From: Toensbergia leucococca
Lineage: Eukaryota
Direction of reading: 5' to 3'
Assembly: GCA_022813965.1 (NCBI GenBank)
Contig: JALDZS010000023.1
Location: forward strand, 124,001 to 188,000
DNA: 64,000 bases
Numbering within the stretch: position 1 is the first letter of the stretch; every line of letters begins with the position of its first letter. Shown piece by piece: positions 37,093 to 49,148 of the stretch. Made by a program: the position numbers and the translations under genes. The notes under the pieces are model-generated. The model made no database searches. It worked only from the letters and a program-made list of their open reading frames with translations, and was not told the DNA's origin.

Positions 37093-39082
37093 CTAATTCC
37101 TCCCTGGTCTTCGCCCCGGGATAGGCGGGTATCCATATAGCCTTATCTTCCTCATCTCTTCGACGCTTTTGGCACGATAAGGCGGGGTTCCATCCGTTCT
37201 CCACATTGTGGTAGTATTCCGCGCAGGTTGACTGATTGCTCCAGGTTTAGAAAGTACCCTCTGATTCATCTGTATTGTGTTGCCGTAGGTGCTAGCATGT
37301 GCAGGATTGATACCTCCACCAGAAAACCTAGCCTTGATAGCTAGATGCGCATAAAGATGGGAAGTCGCATAACCCTGTGCTGCTGGTATGATGGTGTTGA
37401 TAGATATTCCCGCTTCGGCGAACAAAGCTTGCAGCTTCTTAGCCTGCTTCTCTCCAGAGTCAAACCCATACTCGGCTGCGTGCTGATCAATGATTCGCTG
37501 TAAGACGGCACTAATATCAATGTCCCGTTGGGGACTCCCGTTCGAATCCACTTGTTGACTAGTAGTGTCTTGCGCATCATCGTCGCCATTGTCGTGAAGG
37601 GATCCACCATTTGCTAAGGCCAGAAAGGAATCGATCTGAGATTGATCCGACCCATGGCTGTTTCCAACTGGCTTCGAGCTAGTCGAATCGAAAATTCCGT
37701 TCATATTTTGGGTGGTGACGCCGTTGGTAGTGAATAAGTCGTTCGGCAGAGCCGCCTTGGGGGGATTGGCGTAAGGTGTTATGTACGTGTCGGACCTCGC
37801 TTCTGACATGTCGTTGATGGCCTTTGTCATGGCATGAATCACTCGGACTTCGTGGCTGTTTTGCTGACTCGTTAGATCCACGGTTTGATACTCAGGTATC
37901 ACGGGCTGCGTTGTAGACGATTGCATAATTAGATCAGGACTCTTATTATTTCTTGAGGTATCACCATTAGCTGTGTTCGCTCCAGAATTAATATCGATGT
38001 CGTCGTGCACAGGAACGTAACCTTTCAACGCTGTTTTAATGCTATTGATGAGTTCTGAATTACCGGCCAAGATTCGGAGTGCTTCGATGAATGGTCTCCT
38101 ACTCACAGATTCATCATCGAGCGAAGCTTTCAGTGCAGCCGCTGATTCACGGTTGGTGTGTCCATTATTGTGATTGCGCACACTTAACAGCGTATTGAAC
38201 AATAATGTTCCTGCTGCGTTGGTCTCAAGCGTGACAAGGTCACCTGGATTTGAGAACAGCGCGTTGCCAACCTCAGAACTTATAGAGAAGCCTGGGAACT
38301 CATATCCCCGCTTCTCCTTGTTTCTTCGCTTTTCAACCCGCTTAGCAAATTCAGTTTCCATGAACACTATTTTTTCCGCCGAGTTGCCAATGCCGTACAG
38401 AGATTTAGCTCGTACGTTGATTCGGCAACGGAGATCATTGTCACTATCTGGCAAACAATGTCAGCTTTACGCTTCTGTAAGGTTTAGAGTCATATCAAGT
38501 AGCTCACGCATAAAACCTACTTTTGAATGGGTTTTGCTCCCTCCAGAGTTTCTTTCTCCCACGGTTTTCTTCTCTCATCTTCTCGCGCTCTGATGCCTTG
38601 GCTTCGTCATTTTCCAAGTCTGGTCGACGACCATCGGCGCCTGGCACGTGGGAGACCGATCTGCTACGCGAATTTCTATCGTGGTCTGTCTTACTTTCCA
38701 TGGAGTTCAGATCCCGCTTTCGGTCCTGGGCCTTGAAAAGGTTGATCTGCTGAGCTACCCAAATCGCAAGTTTGGTTGGATGTGATGGAGCAGTTGAGAA
38801 GTCTATGTCCACGTTGGTTGTCTGTGGCCCTGCTGCTCCATCCATGTCCATGTCCTGCACTGAAGGATCCTGCAGTACTGTGTGCAATGATTTCTGGAAT
38901 GATTGTGGAGAGCTACTACTCCCGACTTCGATAGGACTGTCGACCTGGGTATCGACATATATCTGGTTTGATTTTTGTAAGCCAGAGATGATAGCACTGG
39001 TGGCAGGACCTTCTGCCTTGAAACGCTTTACTCGATGGCCATCACTCTCTGCGTCTGAAGTTACTAGAGTATCCTCGTTCAT
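37093..39082 (-). CDS. DUF3020-domain protein; intron 38520-38448
   Basis: Spliced REENRGRKKLWREQNPFK|NSDNDLRCRINVRAKSLYG matches the recalled DUF3020 pattern. Confidence 0.75.
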
Positions 39083-39787
39083 GTTGGCGAACTTCGAGTT
39101 CCGTAAGCGATGTTAGGGCTTGCCCAAACAAATTGAATAAGGTTTTCGAAGGCCTTTTAGACAGGTAGACTATGGCCGACCGATCGTAGATATGTGGTGA
39201 AAGTTGAGACACGAAGTGTTGACAAAAATGCAGGTGCTGGGTGCGGGCGATGTGGGAATCGGGTTTGCCGAGTCAGGGCTAGCTAGGGGGCGAGAACAAC
39301 GTCGGAACTTGCGCTGCTTTTGGTTTCACGAGGCAATCCGACGTTGTAGGGACTTTGACTGTCCTCTTTCTATCATTAGCCAGGAACCTCAAATTAGAAG
39401 GGCATTAGGAAGGCCCTACCGGGGCGACATGGGCTTGTAGTTGAGATAGGTGATGTCTTGGTCGTGAAGGTGTGTGATGGAAGTTAGAAACTTTCGGTTG
39501 CTGAAGCCCCATAGCAATATCGACCAAGCGGTCCCATTCAGGGCTAAGCTAATTGGCTTGGACGATCAAGCAACAACAGCGAACAGTAATTTGAAGCAAC
39601 ATAGCTACTTGAAGTACTCGGACGTCTAGAGGAGCTTCGGCATCATCCAAGTATTGATCGGCCATATCATTCGTTTCGCCGAGCCTCGGCTAATACCTAG
39701 CTGCATTACCTTACGTTTCCTGAACTTAGACCACAGTCTTTCTTTCTCTTTACGAGCTCGTCTTCTGCTAACACCGAGACGTAAATT

Positions 39788-40828
39788 ATGTGGCTTGCTC
39801 GGTACCTGGCTCCCGTTCATCTGTTGGTGTGTTCTCTCGCATTAACGAGTGCGGGTTCGTCATGGGGTTTCAATGATGCAACAATCTCAATTCAAGGAAA
39901 GGGGTCTGGGGTAGGAGCAGGCTTCAAAGAGAGGTATAGAATCACCGTCGCGCGTTCAATCTTAGTGTCTCGCTGATGTCCGCTCCGTTGCAAAGACTTG
40001 CCGAGAGGAAAGCTCTGTCTCAACCAGTTCCTTTGGGAAGTTCGGACACGCTCAAGGTGTTACTCACAGCACAAGAGAACAAGAAAGGAAAGCGCCCACA
40101 CCAAGCTTTCCTACTATTCAAAGACTCCGACAGTGGCTTAGAAACGTCGTATCCTTTTTCAGTAAAAGAGAGTGGGAAGGGTAAAATTGAGATCGTGAGC
40201 CCTCTGACCATGGCGTTTGAAGATGGCCACTGACAAAGTTTGCATAGACACATAAGGACCTTCCATTACAATTCCTCACGTCGTCAAGGCCGTTGGTTGC
40301 TTCTGTCGTAATCGCTTCATTTGGCTCATCAACGCCGTACAGTAGCTATGCCTTCGATCTGGCCATTGACGTTGATACCGGCGCGCCTATTGGCCCTCAA
40401 GAAAAGCCATTGCGTTATGGGAAGCTACCTGAGATACATCACAATTTCAAGTCTGATCCCCAGAGCCCGCCCAAGCTTATCACACTTGTGTTCATGGCTG
40501 CTGTAATTGTAGCGTTGCCGGTTTTACTAGCCACGGTAAGTGTGAGAATACCGAAGACGAAATCTTTGCTGATGAGAATTCCTTTAAGTGGCTTTCTCTT
40601 GGAGCCAATTTCAACCATTTATCAAAAGCTCTCGGCAATTCTCCAGTATCCCACATTTTGTTTTACGGATCCATATTAGCGATGGAAGGGATCTTCTTCA
40701 TGTACTACACAACCTGGAATCTCTTCCAGACCTTACCTGCAGCTATCGCAATCGGGTCGATCACTTTCCTGAGTGGGAGTAGATGCTTGACCGAAGTCCA
40801 AAATCGAAGACTTGCTGGTCTGCGATAA
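39788..40828 (+). CDS. SWP1: Oligosaccharyltransferase subunit Swp1/ribophorin II (4 exons)
   Basis: Signal peptide, KRPHQAFL, VVIASFG, RYGKLPEIHH.F..DP.SPP and three C-terminal TMs; ends RRLAGLR*. Confidence 0.9.
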
Positions 40829-41789
40829 TAGATGGCATGGTAATTGAACGAGCGGGAAAGCTGCTTGTAAAGATCTATGGCTTAATCCCACCATATGTGT
40901 TTTATAGAAGAAAAGTTCACTGTCGAAGGGATCGCCCAATTGGCTAAAATGGTGCACAAGTAAATCTTTCGTTCTACTCAACAAGAACATTGGATGCAAG
41001 TATACCACAGAACATTCCCTCCAGCTTCTTTTATGTACAGAGTTATAAAACTATTAAAGCTCCACCTTCAGTAGGTTGGGTCTGGGACCAGATTTCGACT
41101 TGGGCGGTCAACGTAAATAGAGGCGCTTAGATGATGCCACCAGTTCATGTGTCACAACTTCTCTGCAAGTGTGAGGTGCTTTCCGTAGGGAGTTATTGGC
41201 ACGTAAGTGGTATCCGCAAGAAATTCTGATCAAGAAATTAAGGTCGGACTCGAGTCTATGCTGTCGTTGAATTACCGCTGGCCCATTCAGGTCAATACTC
41301 ATTGCTCTTCTGAGCATTGTAGACCTCACGTATTTTTCGACGCCAGGCTGTTGTCACATCAAGGGGACTGGGAAGCTTTCGATATGCTTAGGAAAGCCTT
41401 TCCAGAACATGATAAAAATCGTATCCTTACCAAATAAAACCTGTATTGAAGATTTAAGTAAAGAGAACGAACACATCATCACTTCAAAAGCTCTTTAGTA
41501 AACCTTTGCGTAGCCATCGAGGAACAGAAATCAAAGTTCCAAAGTAAGACTTGCTACATTGAGAAAGATCAGGAGATTGTTGAAATAGGTAATGGCAGTG
41601 GATTGCTCTCAGTGTGATAATTATGCATGTTTTAAAAAGTACAGTAGTGAACAAGATCTTTACCCGGTACCCTCTCGTGCCTCTCAAAAGTCGAGGAGTA
41701 CCTACCACGAATACTTGTATGTATTGAAGAGAGTGCTCTCATTGGCTAACATTCTACGGAGTAGAATATGACTTAGAAACGATCACCCC

Positions 41790-41879
41790 TTAACCCTATA
41801 GGGCTGAGTAGTAAACTCACAATTTGGATAAGGAGGGATTACTAATTACGACTTTTACTACTCAGCCCTACAGGGTTGG
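41790..41879. mobile_element. ~82-bp miniature inverted-repeat element with piggyBac-like ends
   Basis: AACCCTATAGGGCTGAGTAGTAAA (41792-41815) versus TTTACTACTCAGCCCTACAGGGTT (41854-41877), 23/24 match; left flank TTAA, right flank TTGG. Confidence 0.55.
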
Positions 41880-42046
41880 CCAAGCGGTAGGTTTGGCAGA
41901 CACGCAGGGTTGAGATCTTTGAGCCCGCTGAGTCTAACGAAACCTTTACATAAGGTAAATATCTCATCCACTAGCCGATCTTCAACATTCGCACTCTAAA
42001 CAAACATTACCAGCCCTATCGGAATCGCCTTGGCTAGATTCTAATC

Positions 42047-45000
42047 ATGTCAGGTGCTGAATTTCTAGTCGCTATAGGCATTGCTGGTAATGTGCTCCAA
42101 TTTGTGGACTTTGCTGGGAAATTATGCGGACGCGTTCGGGAGTATTCCTCGGCCTCAGGTATCCCCAAAAAGCTAGCCGCACAGGCCGATCGTCTATCCA
42201 ATCTCTTAGAAATTCTCAAAACATTGTCAATGTCCTCTGAACAGGAAGCCTTAGAAGAACGCTTCTTATCTCGTTGCCAAACCCAAGCTCAGGAGTTGTC
42301 CATTCTGCTTGACAGCCTCAAGAGTAATCGTCTAGAACGAGATAGATGGTGGAAAAATGTCAGCAAAGCTATTAAATCTCTCGGCCGCGCTGAAAAGATC
42401 GAAGAGATGCAGAATGTTCTTGACAGCCTTGTGAATTCATTAAGTCTGGAATTACAAGCAAAAACAAGGTCAGCCTAAAATGATCCTGTTTGAAAATCAC
42501 TTTCATATCTGCTGGGTGCTTCTCGGCTGCTGGATCGATGTGAGAGTGCTGGAAACTTGTGTTTTATGCAACATTAGCTGCCTCAACCTGAAGAGCCGTG
42601 TTCTTCGCTGCATGACTTATCACGATGGATGAAAGTAGTATGCCGGCAACCAACGGAGCACCCAGCAGATAATACTAAAATCTGGCTAGGCAAGTGAACA
42701 CTTACGTTGAGGCCAACACTGTCTCGATACTACAACGACAAGAGGATCATTCATCGATTCTGACCGACCTCCACCGTAAAAGCCAGCTGAAAAATGAAGT
42801 CGAGAGAACTGACAATGTTCCATTGAAGCCTCATCGATCGTTCCGATTGGGCGGAACTCCGACTTTGTTGGGCGTGAGTCAATAATTCAAGAGCTAGAAA
42901 TCAGGCTTGCTCACAAGCCAGACATTGTGCCAAAGGCCGTTCTATGTGGCTTAGGCGGTGTTGGGTGAGTTCATCGCTCGAATTTGATGAAAACCCGAGT
43001 TCAATTTCATTTACGTTGAACGCTCTACGCAGAGTGAGAGACGATAGACACCTTGTTGTGCGCCGTCGATGGTTTGCTTTCATCACATGGTGTTAGCACT
43101 CACTACATCACGTCTTCTTACTGTCATACAGCGACAAGAAAGCTCCAGATGTTTGAGGCTTCGGACACAGTAGCCAAAGCAAGCGTTTTGTAGCACCAAT
43201 ATCTTTATCCTGATTTTATTGAAAGCTTCCAAATCTTTACAAATTCTAACAACAAATAGTAAGTCACAAATCGCGTTAGAATATGCATATCGAAAAAGGA
43301 GTGTGACGACGGATCTATCAGTCTTTTGGGTTCACGCCAGTAACTCAGCTCGCTTCGTCGAATCGTATGAACGGATTGCAAGCGAATGCAAGATACCTGG
43401 AAGAGAAAACGTTGATTCAGACATCCTACCGCTTGTCCGAAATTGGGTTGAAAGTAGATGTGAAAGTTATTGGCTTATGATCGTCGACAATGTGGATGAT
43501 CGTGCTATGTTTTTGGAAGAGATAAATTACAGGGGCAAAGCTCTTTATGAATACTTACCTCAATCATCAAGGGGATCGATACTGTACACGACAAGAAACA
43601 GGGATATTGGTATAGATCTTGCTCCTGACCGAGATCCAATAGAAGTGCCTTCCATGAACGTGGAAGAGGCCCGGTCGCTTCTTGGCGAAAAGATCAGAGC
43701 TGGAAGTACAGAAGGTGAACAACTTGAATTGCTCGATGCGCTGGTCTTTCTCCCGCTTGCAATCACCCAAGCTACGGCATGTATGGCTAGAAGGCGCAAA
43801 AGCGTGGCTGAGTACCTAACATTTTACCGTCAAAGTGACTCGACAAGAACTCGACTACTAAGCCAAAGATTCGTTCACCATGGTAGGGAAACAAGACCAC
43901 TAGAATCCGTAGTGACCACTTGGTGGATATCTTTCAACTGCATTAGGAGAGAAGATCCAAGAGCTGCGGACCTCTTGTCAATCATGAGCTTTATGGACCC
44001 GCAAGGTATTCCAGATGCCTTACTGATAAGAGAAGATGAGGAACCATTTGACTTCGTTGAATCAATTGGAGTCCTGGATGCTTATTCTCTCATCACAAGA
44101 AACGCCCAGGGCAATGTTTCCAATATCCATAGTTTGGTACAAATGGCAACTCGCGCTTGGCTCAGCGAATATGAGAACAAGAGGGACGAGTTTGCGGCTC
44201 AAGCGCTAGATATACTAGCAACGAAATATCCCGAGGGGTTCTACGAAAACTGGCCTACTTGTGCCCTTTACCTACCACATGCCGAAGCTGTTCTCCGTCA
44301 TGATTTTGACAATTGCCAGGACTCAGACTTGGTCGCAAGGGCGAATTTGCTCCTCAATACTTCGTCGTATCTCAGAAGGCAAGGCAGATTGAACGCTTCA
44401 GAGCTAGGAGCAGAAGAATCGATGCGGATCTACCAGAGACTTTATGGAAATGAGCACCCAGATACGCTCGCTAGTGTTGCTAATTTTGCTTTGACAATTC
44501 ACAGATGTGGCAGATATCAAGAAGCCATGGCACTGCAACGACTAGTACTGAAGGGGAGAGAAAGAGTTCTGGGAATCGGTCATAGGGCTACGCTGGACAC
44601 GTTGAACGCGCTGGGATTTGAGTTGCAGAGTCTAGGAAGGTTCAAAGAGGCAGAAGAGATCCATCGTCGAGAACTGAATGAGAAAAAGAAGTTACTCTAT
44701 CAAGATCCTGAAAATATTCTAATCCAAGCAGACGTGTTGATTGCGATAAACAACGTTGGTCGTGGCCTTACACACCAGGGTAGACATGCCGAGGCAGAGT
44801 CCCTCCACCAGGAAGCACTTAAGAAGAGCGAGGCTTTACTTGGGCAAGAGCATCCAGACACTTTCAGTACGCTAGGACTGTTAGCAGGAGCGCTCAGAGA
44901 TCAGGGGAAACTTCAAGAAGCTGAGACCATGTACCAGAGATTGCTCCGGGGTCGAAAACGGATTCTTGGGGATCTGCACCCTGATATGCTGATTACTTTG

Positions 45001-46191
45001 AGTAGTATTGCGAATTTGCGAGCTAAACAGGGAGAATATCATGCGGCAGAGTGGTTGTACCGACAAGTTTACCACCATAAAGAAGTTGTTCTCGGAGGAA
45101 AGCATCCCTCTACCTTGAATGGCTTGCATAATTTAGGCTGCGCTCTTTTCGACCTGAAAAAGTATCAAGATGCAGAGAATACTTTACGACTAGCGCTTCA
45201 ATCTCAAGAAGAGATTCTTGGTCCAGAGCACCCTGACACGTTGACCACGAGGCGGAATGTAGCCGTCAGCCTAAGGTTTCAGAAGAAATATCAGGAAGCA
45301 GAAGCCATCGATCGTGAAACGCTAGAGATATGTCAGAACGCTGGAGAGAATAAAATCCCTGAAGAACTCCGAAGCCTTAGCAATATCGCCTTTGGTTTGA
45401 CTGACCAAGGGCAATTTCAAGAAGCAGAAGAAATCTGCCGTCAGGTACTGAACATGAGGGTCAAGTTCTCGGGAATGGAGCATGCCGATAGCCTAAGAAG
45501 CCTCAATGACCTTGCATGTATTCTTTCCAAAGAAGGAAAGCTCGCCGAAGCTGAACAGCTCTACCAGCAATGTCTAGATCATGGATCAAAGACATTAGGA
45601 TGGGAACATGAGCTGACCCGACGAAATCTGTGGAATCTTGCGTTAATGTTGCGAGATCAAGAAAAGTTTGACGAAGCGGAAGGCAAATATCGTCAATTAG
45701 TCGATTTACAGTCACAAATACTTGGTATGGACAATGATGAGACGTTGGACAGTCTTATCCAGCTCGCGTATGTCCTTCAGCAAGCGGAAAAGTATGATCA
45801 GTCAGAGGATAGCTATCGACGTGTGTTGGAAGCGCAAACAGAGGTGTCAGGGAAGGAGCATCCTCTCACTTTGATGATCATGAACAATCTTGCATCGGTG
45901 CTCAACTATCAAGGAAAGAATGAAGAATCAGAGACTATCCTCCGACAAGCTGTCACTGGCAGATCGAGAGTTTTTGGATCAGAGCATCCTCTCACGGTAA
46001 AAACCACGTACTTTCTTGCTGAGGTACTACAACAAAGAGGAAAGCATCAAGAAGCTGGGTCTATCTATCAAGAACTTGCCAAAGCAGAAAGGATTCCAGA
46101 CTCTCCAACCAATGAAGCTGAAACTCTGCCCACAAACACCTCAAATGATTTGTACAATTCATCGGCTCAAGGTCATGCTGTGGTAGAGTGA
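42047..46191 (+). pseudogene. Fungal NLR: SesA-like N-terminal domain, NB-ARC, TPR array; frameshift near 42836; introns 42469-42689, 42965-43259
   Basis: MSGAEF..GNVLQFVDF helical N-domain; IVPIGRNSDFVGRE..GLGGVG|KSQIALEYAY P-loop; WLMIVDNVDD Walker B; LPLAITQA; many LG.EHPDTL TPRs. Exon 2 changes frame at CAT-CG-ATC. Confidence 0.8.
42508..42669. mobile_element. 162-bp MITE with TA target duplication inside NLR intron 1
   Basis: TA|TCTGCTGGGTGCTTC ... GGAGCACCCAGCAGA|TA; removal leaves a 57-nt intron of normal size. Confidence 0.7.
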
Positions 46192-46582
46192 TCATTCAGA
46201 GATTCAAGACAATGGGTCATTGACAACATTTCCCTCGGGCTCTTGAGATACACAGCGCCCAAAGAGCGATAGCGGGGATTGTCTGCAGAAAGAGAGACTG
46301 GGATCTATGGAAAAAGCTCGATCAGAAGATATGTTACTCTCCCAGCATCAAAGCAAATCTGGTTATAAAAGTCTCAAGAATCAAATCATCAGACTTGATT
46401 AAGGATGATATTTTGGATTTTTGGAATGATACTGGTATTATCTCAGTCCGATTTTCTCAATCGAAGGAATGCCAAGATTTGCAACACATACGCTAATAAT
46501 GATCTAACGAAAGCCGTGACCTCATTTCCTCTGACGATCAACACCAATAAACCCCGAAGACCAACACCTTTACAATTTGATC

Positions 46583-47222
46583 ATGGGCTCTTCGTCTTCC
46601 AAAACTGCCAAAACAGCAGCAGGTGTCGCAAAAAGGCACTACCCACAAAGAACCCCGCAACACACCAACGCGCCGTCAGCTCCACGCCAACCACCCGGTC
46701 AATCGACTACCCCGGGTCCAACAGTCCATCCGCAAGCTCAAGCAAGCAGCTCAAAAGACCAATGTTTGCATGCCACCATCAGCCTAACCTACAGTCCACT
46801 AAACTCCTACAGCCATCTCCCTCGATGCCTCCGACCCAGACTTCGCGCGCTCCCTCCGTGCACTGGGCCCAGTCAGCCCAGCCCCTACGCACTCCCACTC
46901 GGCTATGAGTCAACAAACTCCCGATCAACACTCCTCGCGCCCTCCAATATTTCCCAATCCAGCTAGTAATCCTGCTGTACAGATTCTCACTGCCCGAGAA
47001 AATCTGGCGCGGATGGCAGAAGCGGAGTTTGCGCGGCCAGGAAAGGACAGGGTTGGCAGGAGGTTTTTGGATGTCATTACTATACGGCAGGTGCTGTCTT
47101 TGCGGGATGACAGGGGCATGGGCGCGGGAGACATTGAGAAGAAGTTGGGGTTGGCGACTGGGGTGGTGGAAAGATTGGGAGGGAAGGGTGTTGTAGGGGA
47201 CACGACTGTAGGTGGGTTATGA
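46583..47222 (+). CDS. Small conserved fungal protein with C-terminal HTH-like motif; intron 46764-46812
   Basis: MGSSSSK N-terminus; spliced DASDPDFARSLRALGPV; RRFLDVITIRQVLSLRD..DIEKKLGL..GVVERLG. Confidence 0.75.
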
Positions 47223-47403
47223 TAAGTACTGAGAGATGCGATGTGCATACATCGTACCTGGAAGACGTTTGAAAATTGCACGTGAGAGCTGCTTTTGAGA
47301 CTGCAGATGGGAAAGAGGTCCATGGCTTGAGTACATATGTATATACTACCCTCTTGTCTAGCTGATGCTAAAACCCAACTAGACTGCTGACGATTTTGCG
47401 TCC

Positions 47404-48549
47404 CTACCAAGCCGAATGACCGCCATCCATCCGCAGATCCGCCGCCGTCATAAAGCTAGATGCATCGCTAATCAGGAACACGGCCGCCCCTCTATACTCG
47501 CGTGGCTCGCTCAGCTTCCCAAGCATATTCTGCGTCGGCCAGTCCCTTCTCCGCTCAGGGAACTGCTTGAAAAGCTCTTCCACCATGGCAGTGACAATGT
47601 ATCCCGGAGAAATGGTATTGACCCGGATGCCATGTTGGCCCCATTCTGATGCGAGGTTCCGAGCTAATTGGACGACGCCGGCTTTGGATGCGTTGTAGGC
47701 CGGGCAGATCAAACCCTGAGAAGTTCAGCAGGATTTGTCTCTAGGTCATTTCCCGACACCAGGAAATACATACTCTGTTTGCGATGGTCGCGCTCATGCT
47801 TGCGATCAGGGCAATGCTCCCTCCATTTTCAAACTTTATCATCTGCTTTGCTGGATTTCATCAGGACCATATTTTCACTCAAGCCATGGTAACATACCAA
47901 CAGCCTGCGCGGTCATAAACACCCCGGTGATATTGATCTCAAACATCATGTTAGCGTCTTTGGCCGTGTAGTCAAGCGCCGTGGTCTCTTGTTGGATACC
48001 AGCCGCGGCAATAAGTCCATCCAACCGACCATGCTCCTCTCCTACATCGCCAACGACCTTGTTCAACCCCTCCACATTCCGCACATCGATTCTACGATAG
48101 TGGAACGTAGTCCCGAGCTCTTCTGCGGCTCGTTTCTGTACCCGGTAGAAGTCGGGCGAAGGTTCCTGTAGGCGATCTAGAGCATAGACAGTTGCGCCTG
48201 CTTCGAGCAAGGCCTCGGCTTGGGTAAGGCCAAGTCCTCGGGCGGCGCCAGAGACAAGGACAATCTTGTCTGTGAGATTAAATTCTGGCATTCGTTTTGT
48301 TGTTCCTAGGAAGCTGGAGGATTCGGTATTGGTCCGTAGGTTAATGTCTTCTTTGGGGGGTGGGGCGGGAGGGCCTCGGCCAGGGGATTCTGGAGCATGG
48401 CCCTTTGGCGGGTTGTCAAGTCCCGGGGACGATGCTAGAAGGGGCCGGTATGTAGAGAAACCTTGGAGAAAGCTGGACCGGCTGCCCTTTAGACGAGGGT
48501 CTTGGAGAAACCGGAATGCTTTTGGAAGCTGACGCAGGACTGTTTGCAT
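47404..48549 (-). CDS. Short-chain dehydrogenase/reductase (D-arabinitol/sugar-alcohol dehydrogenase-like), 2 introns
   Basis: SGAARGLG, IASMS, YNASK, RVNTISPG and MDGG motifs; Arg/Ser-rich presequence-like N-terminus. Confidence 0.9.
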
Positions 48550-49148
48550 ATTGAAGGCAATAGAGATAGACAAAGTCCAAGCAAAGAATAACCAGAAGCT
48601 TGATAGGGGACTTGAGATTCGAGAGCGAGGCTTTTCAGGAAGGTCATACACAATGTGGAGGATTGACGGTTTTGTTGAGCTTGAAGACACTATTGTACAT
48701 ACAATATTAGAGCAGAGGAAATCAGTCTGGATTGAGATTTGAGAAGTGATTCTGTCACACCAGAGTCATCTGAAACACAAGGAGTCATGCACAAAAATTC
48801 CAACATCTATTATAGACTGCAATAGAGTAGCTTGGTGGAAACATCGTAGTTCTAGCGGGGGGAAATCTTCCGTGCCATGACTCCACTTCGCAACTTCCAA
48901 GCCGAGTCTCACAATCTCATGTTCTGAATTGAATGTTGATTTTGGGGACACTATGACGCACCAGCCTTAGGCCTGGGATTGACGTGCATCTGCTTATCGG
49001 ACTGATAGGGGCGAATTGCCCTGAGCTTATTCTGCATTGTTCGCTTTACCTTCGGTGTTCATCGTTTGTCTGTTTCTTCTCTCTTGGAAACATTCTTACA
49101 TGGAAACCCTTCCTAGACCATCCACATTGACCATCCACATTGACCATC

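Noticed and set aside
41100..41750. Adjacent amyloid/HeLo effector gene expected beside a fungal NLR
   Set aside because: Only short unrecognisable ORFs; no N/G/Q-rich amyloid motif seen on either side.
42813..42885. Programmed -1 frameshift or alternative acceptor rescuing the NLR
   Set aside because: No X XXY YYZ heptamer in the overlap; the AAG at 42826-42828 is in the wrong phase; the GTGAGT at 42874 would splice into TAA and delete the P-loop.
49117..49148. 13-bp tandem repeat GACCATCCACATT before the amidase ATG
   Set aside because: Simple slippage duplication, about 2.5 copies; not CRISPR-like.
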